Assembly: GCF_028289625.1 (NCBI RefSeq)
Contig: NZ_JANQOM010000053.1
Coordinates: 2,023-66,022, forward strand
Reading direction: 5' to 3'
DNA: 64,000 nt
DNA from: Winogradskyella sp.
Lineage (GTDB): Bacteria; Bacteroidota; Bacteroidia; Flavobacteriales; Flavobacteriaceae
Below are positions 26,735-37,284 of this stretch, piece after piece. A program made the position numbers and the translations under genes. Below the pieces are notes generated by a model. It saw nothing but the letters and a program-made list of their open reading frames with translations. It ran no database searches and had not been told where the DNA came from. Numbering within the stretch: the first letter of the stretch is position 1; each line of letters starts with the position of its first letter.

Positions 26735-29161
26735 ATGAAGATATCATTCAACTGGCTTAAGCAGTTTATAAAGATAGATTGGGACGCTGAAAAAACTGGT
26801 GAACTACTTACGGATCTTGGCTTAGAAATAGAGGGAATTGAACGTTACGAATCCGTAAAAGGTGGATTAAAAGGTGTTGTGGTTGGTGAAGTCTTAACCT
26901 GTGAGCAACATCCTAATGCCGATCGCCTAAAAGTCACCACAGTGAACATTGGAGATGACGAACCTGTACAGATTGTTTGCGGTGCGCCTAATGTTGCAGC
27001 AGGACAAAAAGTGCCTGTAGCGACTATTGGCACTACCCTATATTCTGCTGATGGTGAAGCATGGAAGATCAAAAAAGGAAAGATTCGTGGTGAGGAAAGC
27101 TTTGGTATGATTTGCGCTGAAGATGAATTAGGTCTTGGTGAATCGCACGATGGGATTATGGTTTTAGACAAAAAACTCAAAGTAGGCACACTAGCAGCGG
27201 AAATCTTCGATATTGAGAATGATGATGTCTTTGAAATTGGTTTAACACCCAATCGTGCCGATGCTATGAGCCATTATGGTGTAGCACGCGATTTGAAAGC
27301 TGGTCTGTTACAAAAAGAAATTGCGCTAGAGCTCATTACACCATCGGTAATGTCGTATCACGTAGACACAAGATCCTTAAAGATTGATGTGGACGTTAAG
27401 GACAAAGAAAAATGTCCACGCTACTGCGGAGTGACGATTTCTGGTGTTAAAGTGGAAACATCTCCTAATTGGTTGCAGCATCGACTGAAGTCCATTGGCT
27501 TATCACCCATCAACAATATTGTAGATATTACCAACTATGTGTTACACGAACTGGGGCAACCTTTGCATGCCTTTGATGCCAATAAAATTTCAGGTAATAA
27601 AGTTTTAGTAAAAACCTGCAAGACTGGTACTAAGTTTACTACACTTGATGAAACAGTTAGAGAATTACATGAGGATGATTTGATGATCTGTGATGCTGAA
27701 AAACCGATGTGCATTGCTGGTGTTTTTGGTGGTATCGATTCTGGTGTTACCGAAAATACGGTGAATATATTCCTGGAGAGTGCTTATTTTGACCCTGTGA
27801 GTATTAGAAAAACAGCCAAGCGCCATGGACTAAATACGGATGCATCATTTAGGTTTGAAAGAGGTGTTGATCCTAATATCACCGAATATGCGCTAAAACG
27901 CGCTGCTTTGTTGATAACTGAAATTGCTGGTGGGGAAATTACAAGTGATATTTCGGATGCTTACCCAAATAAAATCGAAGATTTTCAAGTGCGCTTAAGT
28001 TTTGAGAATGCTAAGAAATTAATTGGTGAAGAGATTCCTAGAGAGACCATCAAAAGTATTTTAACATCCTTAGAAATAAAAGTGAATAACGTTACTGAAA
28101 CCGGATTAGGACTTACTGTACCGGCTTACAGAAATGACGTACAGCGCGAAGCTGATATTATTGAGGAAATCCTAAGAATTTACGGTTATAATAACATCGG
28201 CACCACTGAAAAACTAAATGCTTCCATATCCAATTCCAATAGATTTGAAGACTATAAACTTCAGAATGTGATTGGCAATCAGCTAGCCTCACAAGGCTTT
28301 TATGAGATTATGGCAAACTCTTTAACGTCCCCTAAATACATTGAATTAAGTGAGGATTTACAATCAGAACACAATGTTCAGATATTAAATCCGTTAAGTA
28401 ATGATTTGGAAGTGATGCGCCAGTCGCTATTATTCTCTGGGTTAGAAGCGGTATCTCACAACATCAATAGAAAGCGTAATGACTTAAAGCTATTTGAATT
28501 TGGTAAAACATATCATCAATACTCAGAAAACCGCAAAGAGCACAAACACTTATCGCTATTTGTTTCTGGAAATAAAACCGAAAAACGTTGGAATTCTGAA
28601 ACAAAATCTAGCAACTTTTTCTATCTAAAAGGGATTATTGAAACTGTTTTACAGCGTTTAGGTTTAAACCGTTTAAAATCTGCACCAACCAATTCTGGGG
28701 TTTTAAGTGAAGGGATGAGCCTTTCACTTGGAAAGAAAACCTTGGTCAATTTTGGATTGGTAAAGAAATCAGTGTTGAAACACTTTGGCATTTCGCAAAA
28801 TGTACTATTTGCCGATTTTAATTGGGACAATGTCTTGGAAATGGCACAGCATAACAAGATTAAGTTTAGTGAGATTCCGAAATATCCTGAAGTACGCAGG
28901 GATTTTGCACTATTGCTAGACAATGCTGTGACTTTTGAAGATATCCACACCATAGCTAAACAAACTGAAAAACAATTGCTTAAAAATGTAAATTTATTTG
29001 ATGTTTACGAAGGCAAGAACCTACCTGCTGGTAAAAAGAGTTATGCGGTGAGCTTCACCTTACAAGACGAACATAAAACCTTAACTGATAAACAGATTGA
29101 TAAGATAATGTCTAAGCTACAGGCTAATTTTGAATCCAAGCTTGGTGCAGAATTACGATAA
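26735..29161 (+). CDS. pheT: Phenylalanine--tRNA ligase beta subunit
   Basis: HPNADRL, IVCGAPN, LTPNRAD, RFERG, FDVYEG, KSYAV. Confidence 0.98.
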   Translation: MKISFNWLKQFIKIDWDAEKTGELLTDLGLEIEGIERYESVKGGLKGVVVGEVLTCEQHPNADRLKVTTVNIGDDEPVQIVCGAPNVAAGQKVPVATIGTTLYSADGEAWKIKKGKIRGEESFGMICAEDELGLGESHDGIMVLDKKLKVGTLAAEIFDIENDDVFEIGLTPNRADAMSHYGVARDLKAGLLQKEIALELITPSVMSYHVDTRSLKIDVDVKDKEKCPRYCGVTISGVKVETSPNWLQHRLKSIGLSPINNIVDITNYVLHELGQPLHAFDANKISGNKVLVKTCKTGTKFTTLDETVRELHEDDLMICDAEKPMCIAGVFGGIDSGVTENTVNIFLESAYFDPVSIRKTAKRHGLNTDASFRFERGVDPNITEYALKRAALLITEIAGGEITSDISDAYPNKIEDFQVRLSFENAKKLIGEEIPRETIKSILTSLEIKVNNVTETGLGLTVPAYRNDVQREADIIEEILRIYGYNNIGTTEKLNASISNSNRFEDYKLQNVIGNQLASQGFYEIMANSLTSPKYIELSEDLQSEHNVQILNPLSNDLEVMRQSLLFSGLEAVSHNINRKRNDLKLFEFGKTYHQYSENRKEHKHLSLFVSGNKTEKRWNSETKSSNFFYLKGIIETVLQRLGLNRLKSAPTNSGVLSEGMSLSLGKKTLVNFGLVKKSVLKHFGISQNVLFADFNWDNVLEMAQHNKIKFSEIPKYPEVRRDFALLLDNAVTFEDIHTIAKQTEKQLLKNVNLFDVYEGKNLPAGKKSYAVSFTLQDEHKTLTDKQIDKIMSKLQANFESKLGAELR

Positions 29162-29231
29162 ACATTATCATTTTCTTTACACTTATCACAAACCCTTTTT
29201 TTATTTTTAACAAAACTTAAAACATCAAAAA

Positions 29232-29732
29232 ATGGCAAATGTAACACTTGGAGGTACTCCAGTAGAAACAATAGGAAACTTACCGGCAATTGGTAGCAAA
29301 GCACCTGATTTTAAACTCACAGGTACGGATTTAACAGACAAAACCAACGCTGATTATACAGATGTACGATTGGTATTAAACATTTTCCCAAGTGTTGATA
29401 CTGGTACTTGCGCACAATCTATAAGGACATTCAACGAAAAGGCAAGTCAATTAGATAACACTAAAGTATTATGCATTTCGAAAGACCTTCCTTTTGCTAT
29501 GGCGCGCTTTTGTGGTGCCGAAGGTATAGAAAATGTAGAGAGCTTATCTGATTATAAAACAGGTCAGTTCGGTAATGACTACGGATTAACGTTTACCACT
29601 GGTGCCTTTGAAACATTACTATCGCGATGTATCGTTGTTATTGATACAGACGGTACGATTCTACATACGGAACAGGTTTCTGAAATTGCAGATGAACCTA
29701 ACTATGATGCTGCTATTGAGAGTCTAGCATAA
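29232..29732 (+). CDS. tpx: Thiol peroxidase
   Basis: FPSVDTGTC, SKDLPFAMARFC, EPNYDAA. Confidence 0.96.
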   Translation: MANVTLGGTPVETIGNLPAIGSKAPDFKLTGTDLTDKTNADYTDVRLVLNIFPSVDTGTCAQSIRTFNEKASQLDNTKVLCISKDLPFAMARFCGAEGIENVESLSDYKTGQFGNDYGLTFTTGAFETLLSRCIVVIDTDGTILHTEQVSEIADEPNYDAAIESLA

Positions 29733-29738
29733 CTTTTT

Positions 29739-30107
29739 ATGCAAAAAAAAGAACCCTTTATTGTCAATAGGCTTAAAAGTGTAGGTTTTGCCTTTAAGGG
29801 CATGCTCATTCTTATAAGAACAGAGTCTAGCATAAAAACACAAGTCCTTATTGCTATTGCCGTGACTATTGCTGGTTTTTATTTTGAGATTTCTTCAACG
29901 GAATGGATGGTACAAATCGCTATGATAGGATTGGTTATGAGTATAGAAGGTGTTAATACAGCGGTTGAATATATAGCGGATTTTATTCATCCCGATCATC
30001 ATCCAAAAATTGGACTAATTAAAGATATCTCTGCTGGTGCAGTTTTTATTGCCGCTGTAGTTGCTGTTATCGTTGGCTGTATCATCTATTTTCCTAAACT
30101 TTTTTAA
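29739..30107 (+). CDS. dgkA: Diacylglycerol/undecaprenol kinase family protein
   Basis: EGVNTAVE, KDISAGAV. Confidence 0.88.
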   Translation: MQKKEPFIVNRLKSVGFAFKGMLILIRTESSIKTQVLIAIAVTIAGFYFEISSTEWMVQIAMIGLVMSIEGVNTAVEYIADFIHPDHHPKIGLIKDISAGAVFIAAVVAVIVGCIIYFPKLF

Positions 30108-30180
30108 TACCAAAACCATTCAAATAAACGTTACAAAAGAGTGGCTTTATTCCACTTTTAATTTAATAGTACATCTTAAA

Positions 30181-30954
30181 ATGAAGTTGTTGGTGCTAAT
30201 TCTTTTTCTAGGCTATTTCTTAATGGGTTGCAATGCTAAAACTAAAGATACTGTTATCATCGAGACTATTGAAATAACCAAGGATACTATAGATACTATC
30301 GAAAAAGACACTTTGAATATCTCAAAGGATTTTGTTTTAGGGAAATTCGATTACAAAGTTGATTCTACATTTGTAAAGGTGAGCACAAAGTATGCAAACA
30401 AAACGATTTATTTAAAAGACGAAGTTTACAGAGCGTTTCTGCAAATGTGTGATGCTGCTACCAAAGACGGTATTTCATTCAAAATCATTTCTGGAACTCG
30501 GAATTTTTATGAACAAAAAGCGATTTGGAAACGCAAATGGAGTGCGTATAAAAATCTTAATCCAAAAGAACGTGCTTTGAAAATTTTGGAATATAGCTCT
30601 ATGCCTAGTACATCGCGACATCACTGGGGAACTGATATTGATTTGAATAGTTTAAATAATTCGTATTTTAACAGCGGAAAAGGATTAAAAGAGCACAAAT
30701 GGTTAATGGCTAATGCCAATAGTTTTGGTTTTTATCAAGTTTATACTGAGAAAACTAATGGTAGAACGGGATACCAATTAGAAAAATGGCATTGGTCGTA
30801 TTTACCTTTAGCAAGTCAATATCTAGCATTTTACAATGCCAATATTGGCGAAAAGGATATATCAGGATTTAAAGGCTCGGAATTAGTCTCGCAGCTTCAT
30901 ATCATTGAAAATTATGTGAATGGCATTTCTGAAAAAGCGATAAATTATAATTAA
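30181..30954 (+). CDS. M15 family D,D-carboxypeptidase (VanY-like) lipoprotein
   Basis: ISGTRNF, SRHHWGTDID, EKWHW; lipobox LMGC after ATG 30181. Confidence 0.88.
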   Translation: MKLLVLILFLGYFLMGCNAKTKDTVIIETIEITKDTIDTIEKDTLNISKDFVLGKFDYKVDSTFVKVSTKYANKTIYLKDEVYRAFLQMCDAATKDGISFKIISGTRNFYEQKAIWKRKWSAYKNLNPKERALKILEYSSMPSTSRHHWGTDIDLNSLNNSYFNSGKGLKEHKWLMANANSFGFYQVYTEKTNGRTGYQLEKWHWSYLPLASQYLAFYNANIGEKDISGFKGSELVSQLHIIENYVNGISEKAINYN

Positions 30955-30979
30955 ACTTCCGTTTTGTTGGAAGATATAT

Positions 30980-33391
30980 ATGGCAAAAAAAACAACTAAA
31001 AAGCAAAGAGCTACCAAAGCAAAGGCTAAGCCCAAAACAAGATTAAGAAAGCCTTCTTTTAAGTTATCAAATCAACAGAAGCTTATTTTTGGAAGCTTAT
31101 TGATTATACTGGGTGTTCTACTTTTTATCTCGTTTTTATCTTTCATTTTCACTGGGAAGGAAGATCAAAGTGCACTCAGCACTTTCCCAGAACGCTCAGA
31201 CGCTTATAAAAACTGGGCAAGTCAATTGGGCGCCTGGATTAGCGAACTATTTATAAGTAAGGGATTTGGTTTACCTTCGTTTATATTCTCAGGTTTAATT
31301 TTTCTGTCAGGTGTTTATGTTACTCTAAATCTAAAGAAAACAAAACTAAGAAAGCATTGGGTTTGGGGAACTCTAATTGTTATATGGCTCTCTATATTCT
31401 TTGGTTTTTTTACTCACAAATACGATATGTTAGGTGGTACCATAGGTTTTGAAATGAATCATTTCTTTCAAGATTATATAGGTAAAATTGGCACTGCTTT
31501 ATTATTGTTATTTGGACTTATTGCCTATTTAGCAATTAGGTTTAAGGTTACTGGTGATACCTTTGTCAATATATTTCGCAGTGCCAAAAAAGATTTGAAG
31601 AATGACTCGTCTTTAAATTCTGAAAATGAACAACCGCCTATTGTTGTCGATAACAGTCTTACCGAAGAAGCTGAAGCTATAAAATCTGCGTTTGAAATTC
31701 AACTCGACAAACAAGAACCAACAATAAGCAACCACTCTAAACCTAAAGAGGGTACTGAAAGTCTTAAGATAGAGATCGATAAAAAAGCAATTGACACATC
31801 AGGTTTAAAGGTTGAAGTTGAAGCGGTCGCTGAGGAAAAGTCTGAAACGGACAATCTTGCGGATAAATTGGTTGAAGATTTTGGACAATTTGATCCTACA
31901 CTGGAATTGAGCAACTATCAATTTCCACATTTAGACTTACTCAAAAAATATGATAATGAAGGTATTTCTATTGACCAAGAAGAGCTTGAAGAAAATAAAA
32001 ATCGTATTGTAGAAACCTTAAACAATTATAAAATAGGGATTACAAGCATTAAAGCGACTATTGGCCCAACGGTGACGCTTTATGAAATCGTTCCGGATGC
32101 AGGAATTCGAATTTCAAAAATTAAAAACCTTGAGGATGATATTGCTTTATCCCTTTCGGCATTGGGAATCAGAATCATTGCACCTATTCCTGGCAAAGGT
32201 ACTATTGGTATTGAAGTTCCTAATAAAAAAGCCACCATTGTCTCTATGCGTTCGGTGATAGCCTCTCAGAAGTTTCAGCAATCCAAAATGCAGTTACCAA
32301 TTGCCTTTGGTAAGACCATTAGCAATGAAACCTTTGTCGTTGATTTAGCCAAAATGCCACATTTGCTTATGGCTGGAGCCACAGGGCAAGGAAAATCTGT
32401 TGGTTTAAATGCTGTATTAACATCACTGTTGTATAAAAAACATCCGGCGGAAGTAAAGTTTGTACTTGTCGACCCAAAGAAAGTGGAGTTGACTTTATTC
32501 AATAAGATAGAACGTCACTATTTAGCTAAGCTTCCAGATAGCGAAGACGCCATAATTACCGATAATACCAAGGTTATAAATACACTGAATTCGTTGTGTA
32601 TTGAGATGGACAATCGCTATGATATGCTCAAAAATGCATTTTGTAGAAACATTGCAGAGTATAATGCCAAGTTTAAAGCTCGAAAACTTAATCCAAATGA
32701 CGGTCATAAGTTTTTGCCCTACATTGTACTAGTAGTTGATGAATTTGCTGACCTTATCATGACTGCTGGCAAGGAGGTAGAAACACCAATCGCTAGATTA
32801 GCGCAATTGGCACGTGCCATTGGCATCCACCTTATTATCGCTACACAGCGCCCTTCGGTAAATGTCATTACAGGTATTATAAAAGCGAATTTTCCGGCAC
32901 GTATCGCATTTAGAGTGACTAGTAAAATTGATTCGCGTACCATCTTGGATGGTTCTGGCGCAGATCAGTTGATTGGTCGTGGTGATATGCTCTATACGCA
33001 GGGTAACGACTTAATACGACTTCAATGTGCGTTTGTAGATACACCAGAAGTTGAAAGAATTACAGAGTTTATTGGCAGTCAAAAAGCGTATCCAGATGCA
33101 CATTTATTACCAGAATATGTTGGTGAAGAGGGTGGCACAAATCTTGATATAGATATCTCAGATAGAGATAAGTTATTTAGGGAGGCCGCAGAAATCATTG
33201 TGACAGCACAACAAGGTTCGGCTTCTTTATTGCAACGTAAACTAAAACTGGGTTATAACAGAGCAGGAAGATTAATAGATCAATTAGAAGCCGCAGGTAT
33301 AGTTGGTCCTTTTGAAGGTAGTAAAGCTAGGCAGGTATTAGTGCCAGATTTAGTAGCTTTGGATCAATTATTAGAAAATGAAAAACCATAA
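30980..33391 (+). CDS. ftsK: DNA translocase FtsK
   Basis: 4TM N-terminus, MPHLLMAGATGQGKS, DEFADL, ATQRPS, gamma domain LQRKLKLGYNRA. Confidence 0.97.
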   Translation: MAKKTTKKQRATKAKAKPKTRLRKPSFKLSNQQKLIFGSLLIILGVLLFISFLSFIFTGKEDQSALSTFPERSDAYKNWASQLGAWISELFISKGFGLPSFIFSGLIFLSGVYVTLNLKKTKLRKHWVWGTLIVIWLSIFFGFFTHKYDMLGGTIGFEMNHFFQDYIGKIGTALLLLFGLIAYLAIRFKVTGDTFVNIFRSAKKDLKNDSSLNSENEQPPIVVDNSLTEEAEAIKSAFEIQLDKQEPTISNHSKPKEGTESLKIEIDKKAIDTSGLKVEVEAVAEEKSETDNLADKLVEDFGQFDPTLELSNYQFPHLDLLKKYDNEGISIDQEELEENKNRIVETLNNYKIGITSIKATIGPTVTLYEIVPDAGIRISKIKNLEDDIALSLSALGIRIIAPIPGKGTIGIEVPNKKATIVSMRSVIASQKFQQSKMQLPIAFGKTISNETFVVDLAKMPHLLMAGATGQGKSVGLNAVLTSLLYKKHPAEVKFVLVDPKKVELTLFNKIERHYLAKLPDSEDAIITDNTKVINTLNSLCIEMDNRYDMLKNAFCRNIAEYNAKFKARKLNPNDGHKFLPYIVLVVDEFADLIMTAGKEVETPIARLAQLARAIGIHLIIATQRPSVNVITGIIKANFPARIAFRVTSKIDSRTILDGSGADQLIGRGDMLYTQGNDLIRLQCAFVDTPEVERITEFIGSQKAYPDAHLLPEYVGEEGGTNLDIDISDRDKLFREAAEIIVTAQQGSASLLQRKLKLGYNRAGRLIDQLEAAGIVGPFEGSKARQVLVPDLVALDQLLENEKP

Positions 33392-33413
33392 CATTACAAC
33401 ATAGACAAACAAA

Positions 33414-34103
33414 ATGAAATCTAAGATTCACAAACGCAATAAGAAAAATAGAAATCTTGTGAGTAAAAGAGTATTTATTCTAGTATTTTTAGGATTAGGA
33501 ATGATAGGTTTTGCCCAGAGTGATGCAAAAGCAGAGGCTCTACTTGATGAGGTAGGCAGCAAAATCAAAACTTATAGAAACATAAGTTTGGACTTTAAAT
33601 ACGAGCTTAATAATGTAAGCGAAAACATTAAGCAAGAGACAAGAGGTGATGTAGTTATTGAAGGAGAAAAGTACAAGCTTAATATTTTGGGAGTAACTAG
33701 AATTTATGATGGTAAGACCTTATATACAATAAGTCCTGAAGATGAAGAAGTTACCATTTCATCAGATAACACGGAAGATGAAGGTACTATAACTCCGAGT
33801 AAAATGTTATCATTTTATGAAGAAGGTTATACATTTAAAATGGATATCGTTCAAAATGTAAAAGGCCGAAAGATTCAATACGTTAAATTGAGTCCTATGG
33901 ATACCAATTCTGAAATAAAACATGTGTTATTGGGTATTGATGCAACTACCAAACACATCTACAATCTTATTGAAGTCGGTAAAAATGGAACGAAAACAAC
34001 ATTAACTGTTAATTCTTTTCAAACCGATCAGCCTATCTCAAAAACCTTATTTACATTTGACGAAAGTAAATACCAAGATTACTTTATAAACAGAATCGAT
34101 TAA
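33414..34103 (+). CDS. lolA: Outer-membrane lipoprotein carrier LolA family
   Basis: YDGKTLYTISPEDEEVTI; located after ftsK. Confidence 0.8.
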   Translation: MKSKIHKRNKKNRNLVSKRVFILVFLGLGMIGFAQSDAKAEALLDEVGSKIKTYRNISLDFKYELNNVSENIKQETRGDVVIEGEKYKLNILGVTRIYDGKTLYTISPEDEEVTISSDNTEDEGTITPSKMLSFYEEGYTFKMDIVQNVKGRKIQYVKLSPMDTNSEIKHVLLGIDATTKHIYNLIEVGKNGTKTTLTVNSFQTDQPISKTLFTFDESKYQDYFINRID

Positions 34104-34121
34104 GGTTTTAAACGCTTATAT

Positions 34122-36104
34122 GTGAAAATACTTGATAGGTACATACTTATCACATTTTTAAGGACGTTTTTTAGCGTCTTTATTATATTCATGTTCATCT
34201 TTGTACTGCAAGGGGTTTGGCTCTATATTTCTGAACTCGCTGGCAAAGACTTGGATATTTCTGTTACAGCTAAATTCATTCTGTATTATATCCCAAAACT
34301 TATTCCCTTGGTGGTGCCCTTAACGATTTTATTATCGTCCATAATGGTATTTGGGAATTTTGCCGAGAATTATGAGTTTGCAGCAATGAAATCCACAGGG
34401 ATTTCTCTACAACGTGCCATGCGAAGTCTCAGTGTTTTTATCTTTGCTCTTGGTGTAGCTTGCTTCTTTTTTGCAAACAACGTTATTCCTTGGGGAGAGT
34501 ATAATTTTTACAACTTAAGAAGAAATATTGCTAAGGTAAAGCCTGCTTTAGCAATTGCCGAAGGACAGTTTAACGAAATTGGCAACATTAACATAAAGGT
34601 TAATAAAAAATCTGGAGATAGAGGCCAATATCTCGAAGGCGTCGTAATGCATCAAAAGAGTTCGTCAAGATCAGGAAATTATAAAGTAATAGTTTCAGAA
34701 AAAGGGGAACTAATTAGCACAACAGATTCGAATATTTTACAATTACAATTAATCAATGGTAATTACTATGAAGAAATTGTAAATAGAGATGCACGCAAAA
34801 ATCAAAATAAACCTCATGCCAAAAGCTATTTCGACACCTATACCATTAATGTTGATTTAGAAATCTTAAACTCTGAAGATCTTGATGAAAAAAATTATAA
34901 GGATCGTTATAGTATGTTGACGATTCAACAACTCACTAAACAAATAGATACCTTAAAAAAGGAAAGGGATAAAGATTATGGGGCTTTATCTACTACGCTT
35001 TATAATCGTACCACTTATAAATCACTTAACCGCAATATTAAAAAAGCAAAAAAAGACACTTTGTACACTGGTGAAATCCTTGATCTATTCGGTGCAAATA
35101 ACAAAGTTCAAATTGTAAATTTAGCTATAAATTCAGCAAACAGTACAACTCAAATTTTAGAGTCCAATAAGAAAAATTTTGAGTCTAAAACTATTTGGTT
35201 AAATAAACATATTATTTCATTTCATGATAAGTTTGTATTAGCTTTTGCATGTATTATACTATTTTTTGTGGGAGCGCCATTAGGTGCATTAATCCGTAAA
35301 GGGGGAATAGGTTTGCCTATGGTTATTGCCATAGTATTATTTTTAACCTATCATTTCTTTGGAATCTTTGCCAAGAATAGTGCAGAAAAAGGGAGCTTTA
35401 GTCCCATAATTGGCGCTTGGCTCTCAACAGCAGTAATGTTACCTTTAAGTATCTACTTAACTACAAGAGCTACCAATGATAAAGGTGTCTTTCAGTTTGA
35501 TGCTATTTTAGTACCATTAAAACGAGCATTCACACCAAAAAACAGATTACAACTTTCAGAAAGTGAAACCAAATCCTATAACTATTACAAAAGGTATTCG
35601 GTTGAAGAATTGGTAAACGTTATTAAACAGCAAGGTGAATATGACCTCGATAAAAAACCTAAGGAAATAGCGCTACATAACTTATTGAATAGAAATATTC
35701 CACTCGAAAAATTAATGGAAGAAGGACTAGATGTCGATAAAAAACTTATTCGTGGAAAGCATTTATTAAAAGATTATAAAGATTACTCAAAAACAAGCTT
35801 AGTCAGCTTTATTGTTGGAGGAGCTTTGCTGGGATTACACTTTATTTTTAAAAACAATAAATTACCTGTAGCAGCTGATGCTTCGCTTAGCTTAAGTATA
35901 ATAGCCTTTATCTTTTTTGCCATTTATGTCGTTGTTGATGCTTATGTTTATTCAAATTTTTATAAAACCATTGGTCAAAAAGACAAGCGTATCAACCCAT
36001 TTCTTTTAATATTATCGCTACCACTCTATCCATTAAAGTATATTATTCTTAGAAATAAGATAGAGCACGACTTCTATCAAAGTTGTATTCAGAATATAAA
36101 ATAA
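34122..36104 (+). CDS. LptF/LptG family LPS export permease with C-terminal extension
   Basis: KILDRYI, ENYEFAAMKSTGISL, GAPLGALIRKGG. Confidence 0.9.
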   Translation: MKILDRYILITFLRTFFSVFIIFMFIFVLQGVWLYISELAGKDLDISVTAKFILYYIPKLIPLVVPLTILLSSIMVFGNFAENYEFAAMKSTGISLQRAMRSLSVFIFALGVACFFFANNVIPWGEYNFYNLRRNIAKVKPALAIAEGQFNEIGNINIKVNKKSGDRGQYLEGVVMHQKSSSRSGNYKVIVSEKGELISTTDSNILQLQLINGNYYEEIVNRDARKNQNKPHAKSYFDTYTINVDLEILNSEDLDEKNYKDRYSMLTIQQLTKQIDTLKKERDKDYGALSTTLYNRTTYKSLNRNIKKAKKDTLYTGEILDLFGANNKVQIVNLAINSANSTTQILESNKKNFESKTIWLNKHIISFHDKFVLAFACIILFFVGAPLGALIRKGGIGLPMVIAIVLFLTYHFFGIFAKNSAEKGSFSPIIGAWLSTAVMLPLSIYLTTRATNDKGVFQFDAILVPLKRAFTPKNRLQLSESETKSYNYYKRYSVEELVNVIKQQGEYDLDKKPKEIALHNLLNRNIPLEKLMEEGLDVDKKLIRGKHLLKDYKDYSKTSLVSFIVGGALLGLHFIFKNNKLPVAADASLSLSIIAFIFFAIYVVVDAYVYSNFYKTIGQKDKRINPFLLILSLPLYPLKYIILRNKIEHDFYQSCIQNIK

Positions 36105-36107
36105 GCG

Positions 36108-36115
36108 TATCTTTG
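36108..36115 (+). promoter_or_regulatory. -7 box for ribB
   Basis: TATCTTTG upstream of the ORF. Confidence 0.6.
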
Positions 36116-36132
36116 CTACGTATAAATCCATT

Positions 36133-37284
36133 GTGATGACCGTAAATTCCATGAATACCCAAACCAAACTAAACACTATTGAAGAGGCTATTGAAGATAT
36201 TCGTCAAGGTAAAGTGATTATTGTCGTGGATGATGAAAATCGTGAAAATGAAGGCGACTTCTTAGCTGCAGCCGAAAAAGTGACTCCAGAGATGATCAAT
36301 TTTATGGCTACGCATGGTAGAGGTTTAATCTGTACTCCACTTACCGAGCATCGTTGTGAAGAATTAGAACTCAATATGATGGTAAGGAACAATACGGATC
36401 CCATGGAAACGGCTTTTACAGTTTCAGTAGATTTAAGGGGAAATGGTGTAAGCACTGGTATTTCTGCCAGTGATAGGGCAAAAACAGTAAAAGCACTAGT
36501 TAATAGAGATACCAAAGCTTTTGAACTGGCAAGACCTGGTCATATTTTTCCTTTGGTAGCCAAAGAAGGTGGTGTCCTAAGACGTACAGGCCATACGGAA
36601 GCGGCTATCGATTTTGCTCGTTTGGCTGGTTTTGAACCAGCAGGTGTTATAGTGGAAATAATGAATGAGGACGGTACCATGGCGCGCTTACCAGAACTTA
36701 TGGAAGTAGCCGAAAGGTTTGATTTAAAAATTGTATCCATCGAAGACCTTGTTGCTTATCGTATGGAGTACGATTCTTTAATTGAGAAAAAAGAAGACTT
36801 TGATGTTGAAACACGCTTTGGAAAGTTTAGATTAAGAGCGTATCTACAGACTACTAATAATCAGGTTCACATTGCTTTGACTAAAGGAACTTGGACATCT
36901 GATGAAACCGTATTGACAAGGGTAAATGCCACTTTGGTTAATAATGATATACTAGGTACACTGACCAATAATGCTGATAAGAAGTTAGATGATATGTTTA
37001 ATGCCATCAATTCTGAAGGAAAAGGAGCCCTAATTTTTATAAATCAGCAAGCCCAATCGATGAATCTTCTCTCACGCCTAACGGTCTTAAAAGAAAATCA
37101 GGTAGAGGGCAAATTAGTAAAAGCGCCAAGAATTCCTATGGATAGTAAAGACTTTGGTATTGGTGCCCAAATACTTCACGACTTAAAAATAAGTAAGCTT
37201 AGATTGATGTCTAATAGCCTACAAACCAAACGCGTTGGTATGATTGGTTATGGCTTGGAAATTGTGGACTACGTTAATTACTAA
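36133..37284 (+). CDS. ribB: 3,4-dihydroxy-2-butanone-4-phosphate synthase fused to a degenerate GTP cyclohydrolase II-like domain
   Basis: DDENRENEGD, FTVSVD, RPGHIFPL, GHTEA; C-terminal domain lacks the Zn-binding cysteines. Confidence 0.93.
   Translation: MMTVNSMNTQTKLNTIEEAIEDIRQGKVIIVVDDENRENEGDFLAAAEKVTPEMINFMATHGRGLICTPLTEHRCEELELNMMVRNNTDPMETAFTVSVDLRGNGVSTGISASDRAKTVKALVNRDTKAFELARPGHIFPLVAKEGGVLRRTGHTEAAIDFARLAGFEPAGVIVEIMNEDGTMARLPELMEVAERFDLKIVSIEDLVAYRMEYDSLIEKKEDFDVETRFGKFRLRAYLQTTNNQVHIALTKGTWTSDETVLTRVNATLVNNDILGTLTNNADKKLDDMFNAINSEGKGALIFINQQAQSMNLLSRLTVLKENQVEGKLVKAPRIPMDSKDFGIGAQILHDLKISKLRLMSNSLQTKRVGMIGYGLEIVDYVNY

Noticed and set aside
30181..30954. VanY-like gene as glycopeptide resistance
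   Set aside because: No van cluster; M15 carboxypeptidases are ordinary peptidoglycan enzymes in Gram-negative bacteria.
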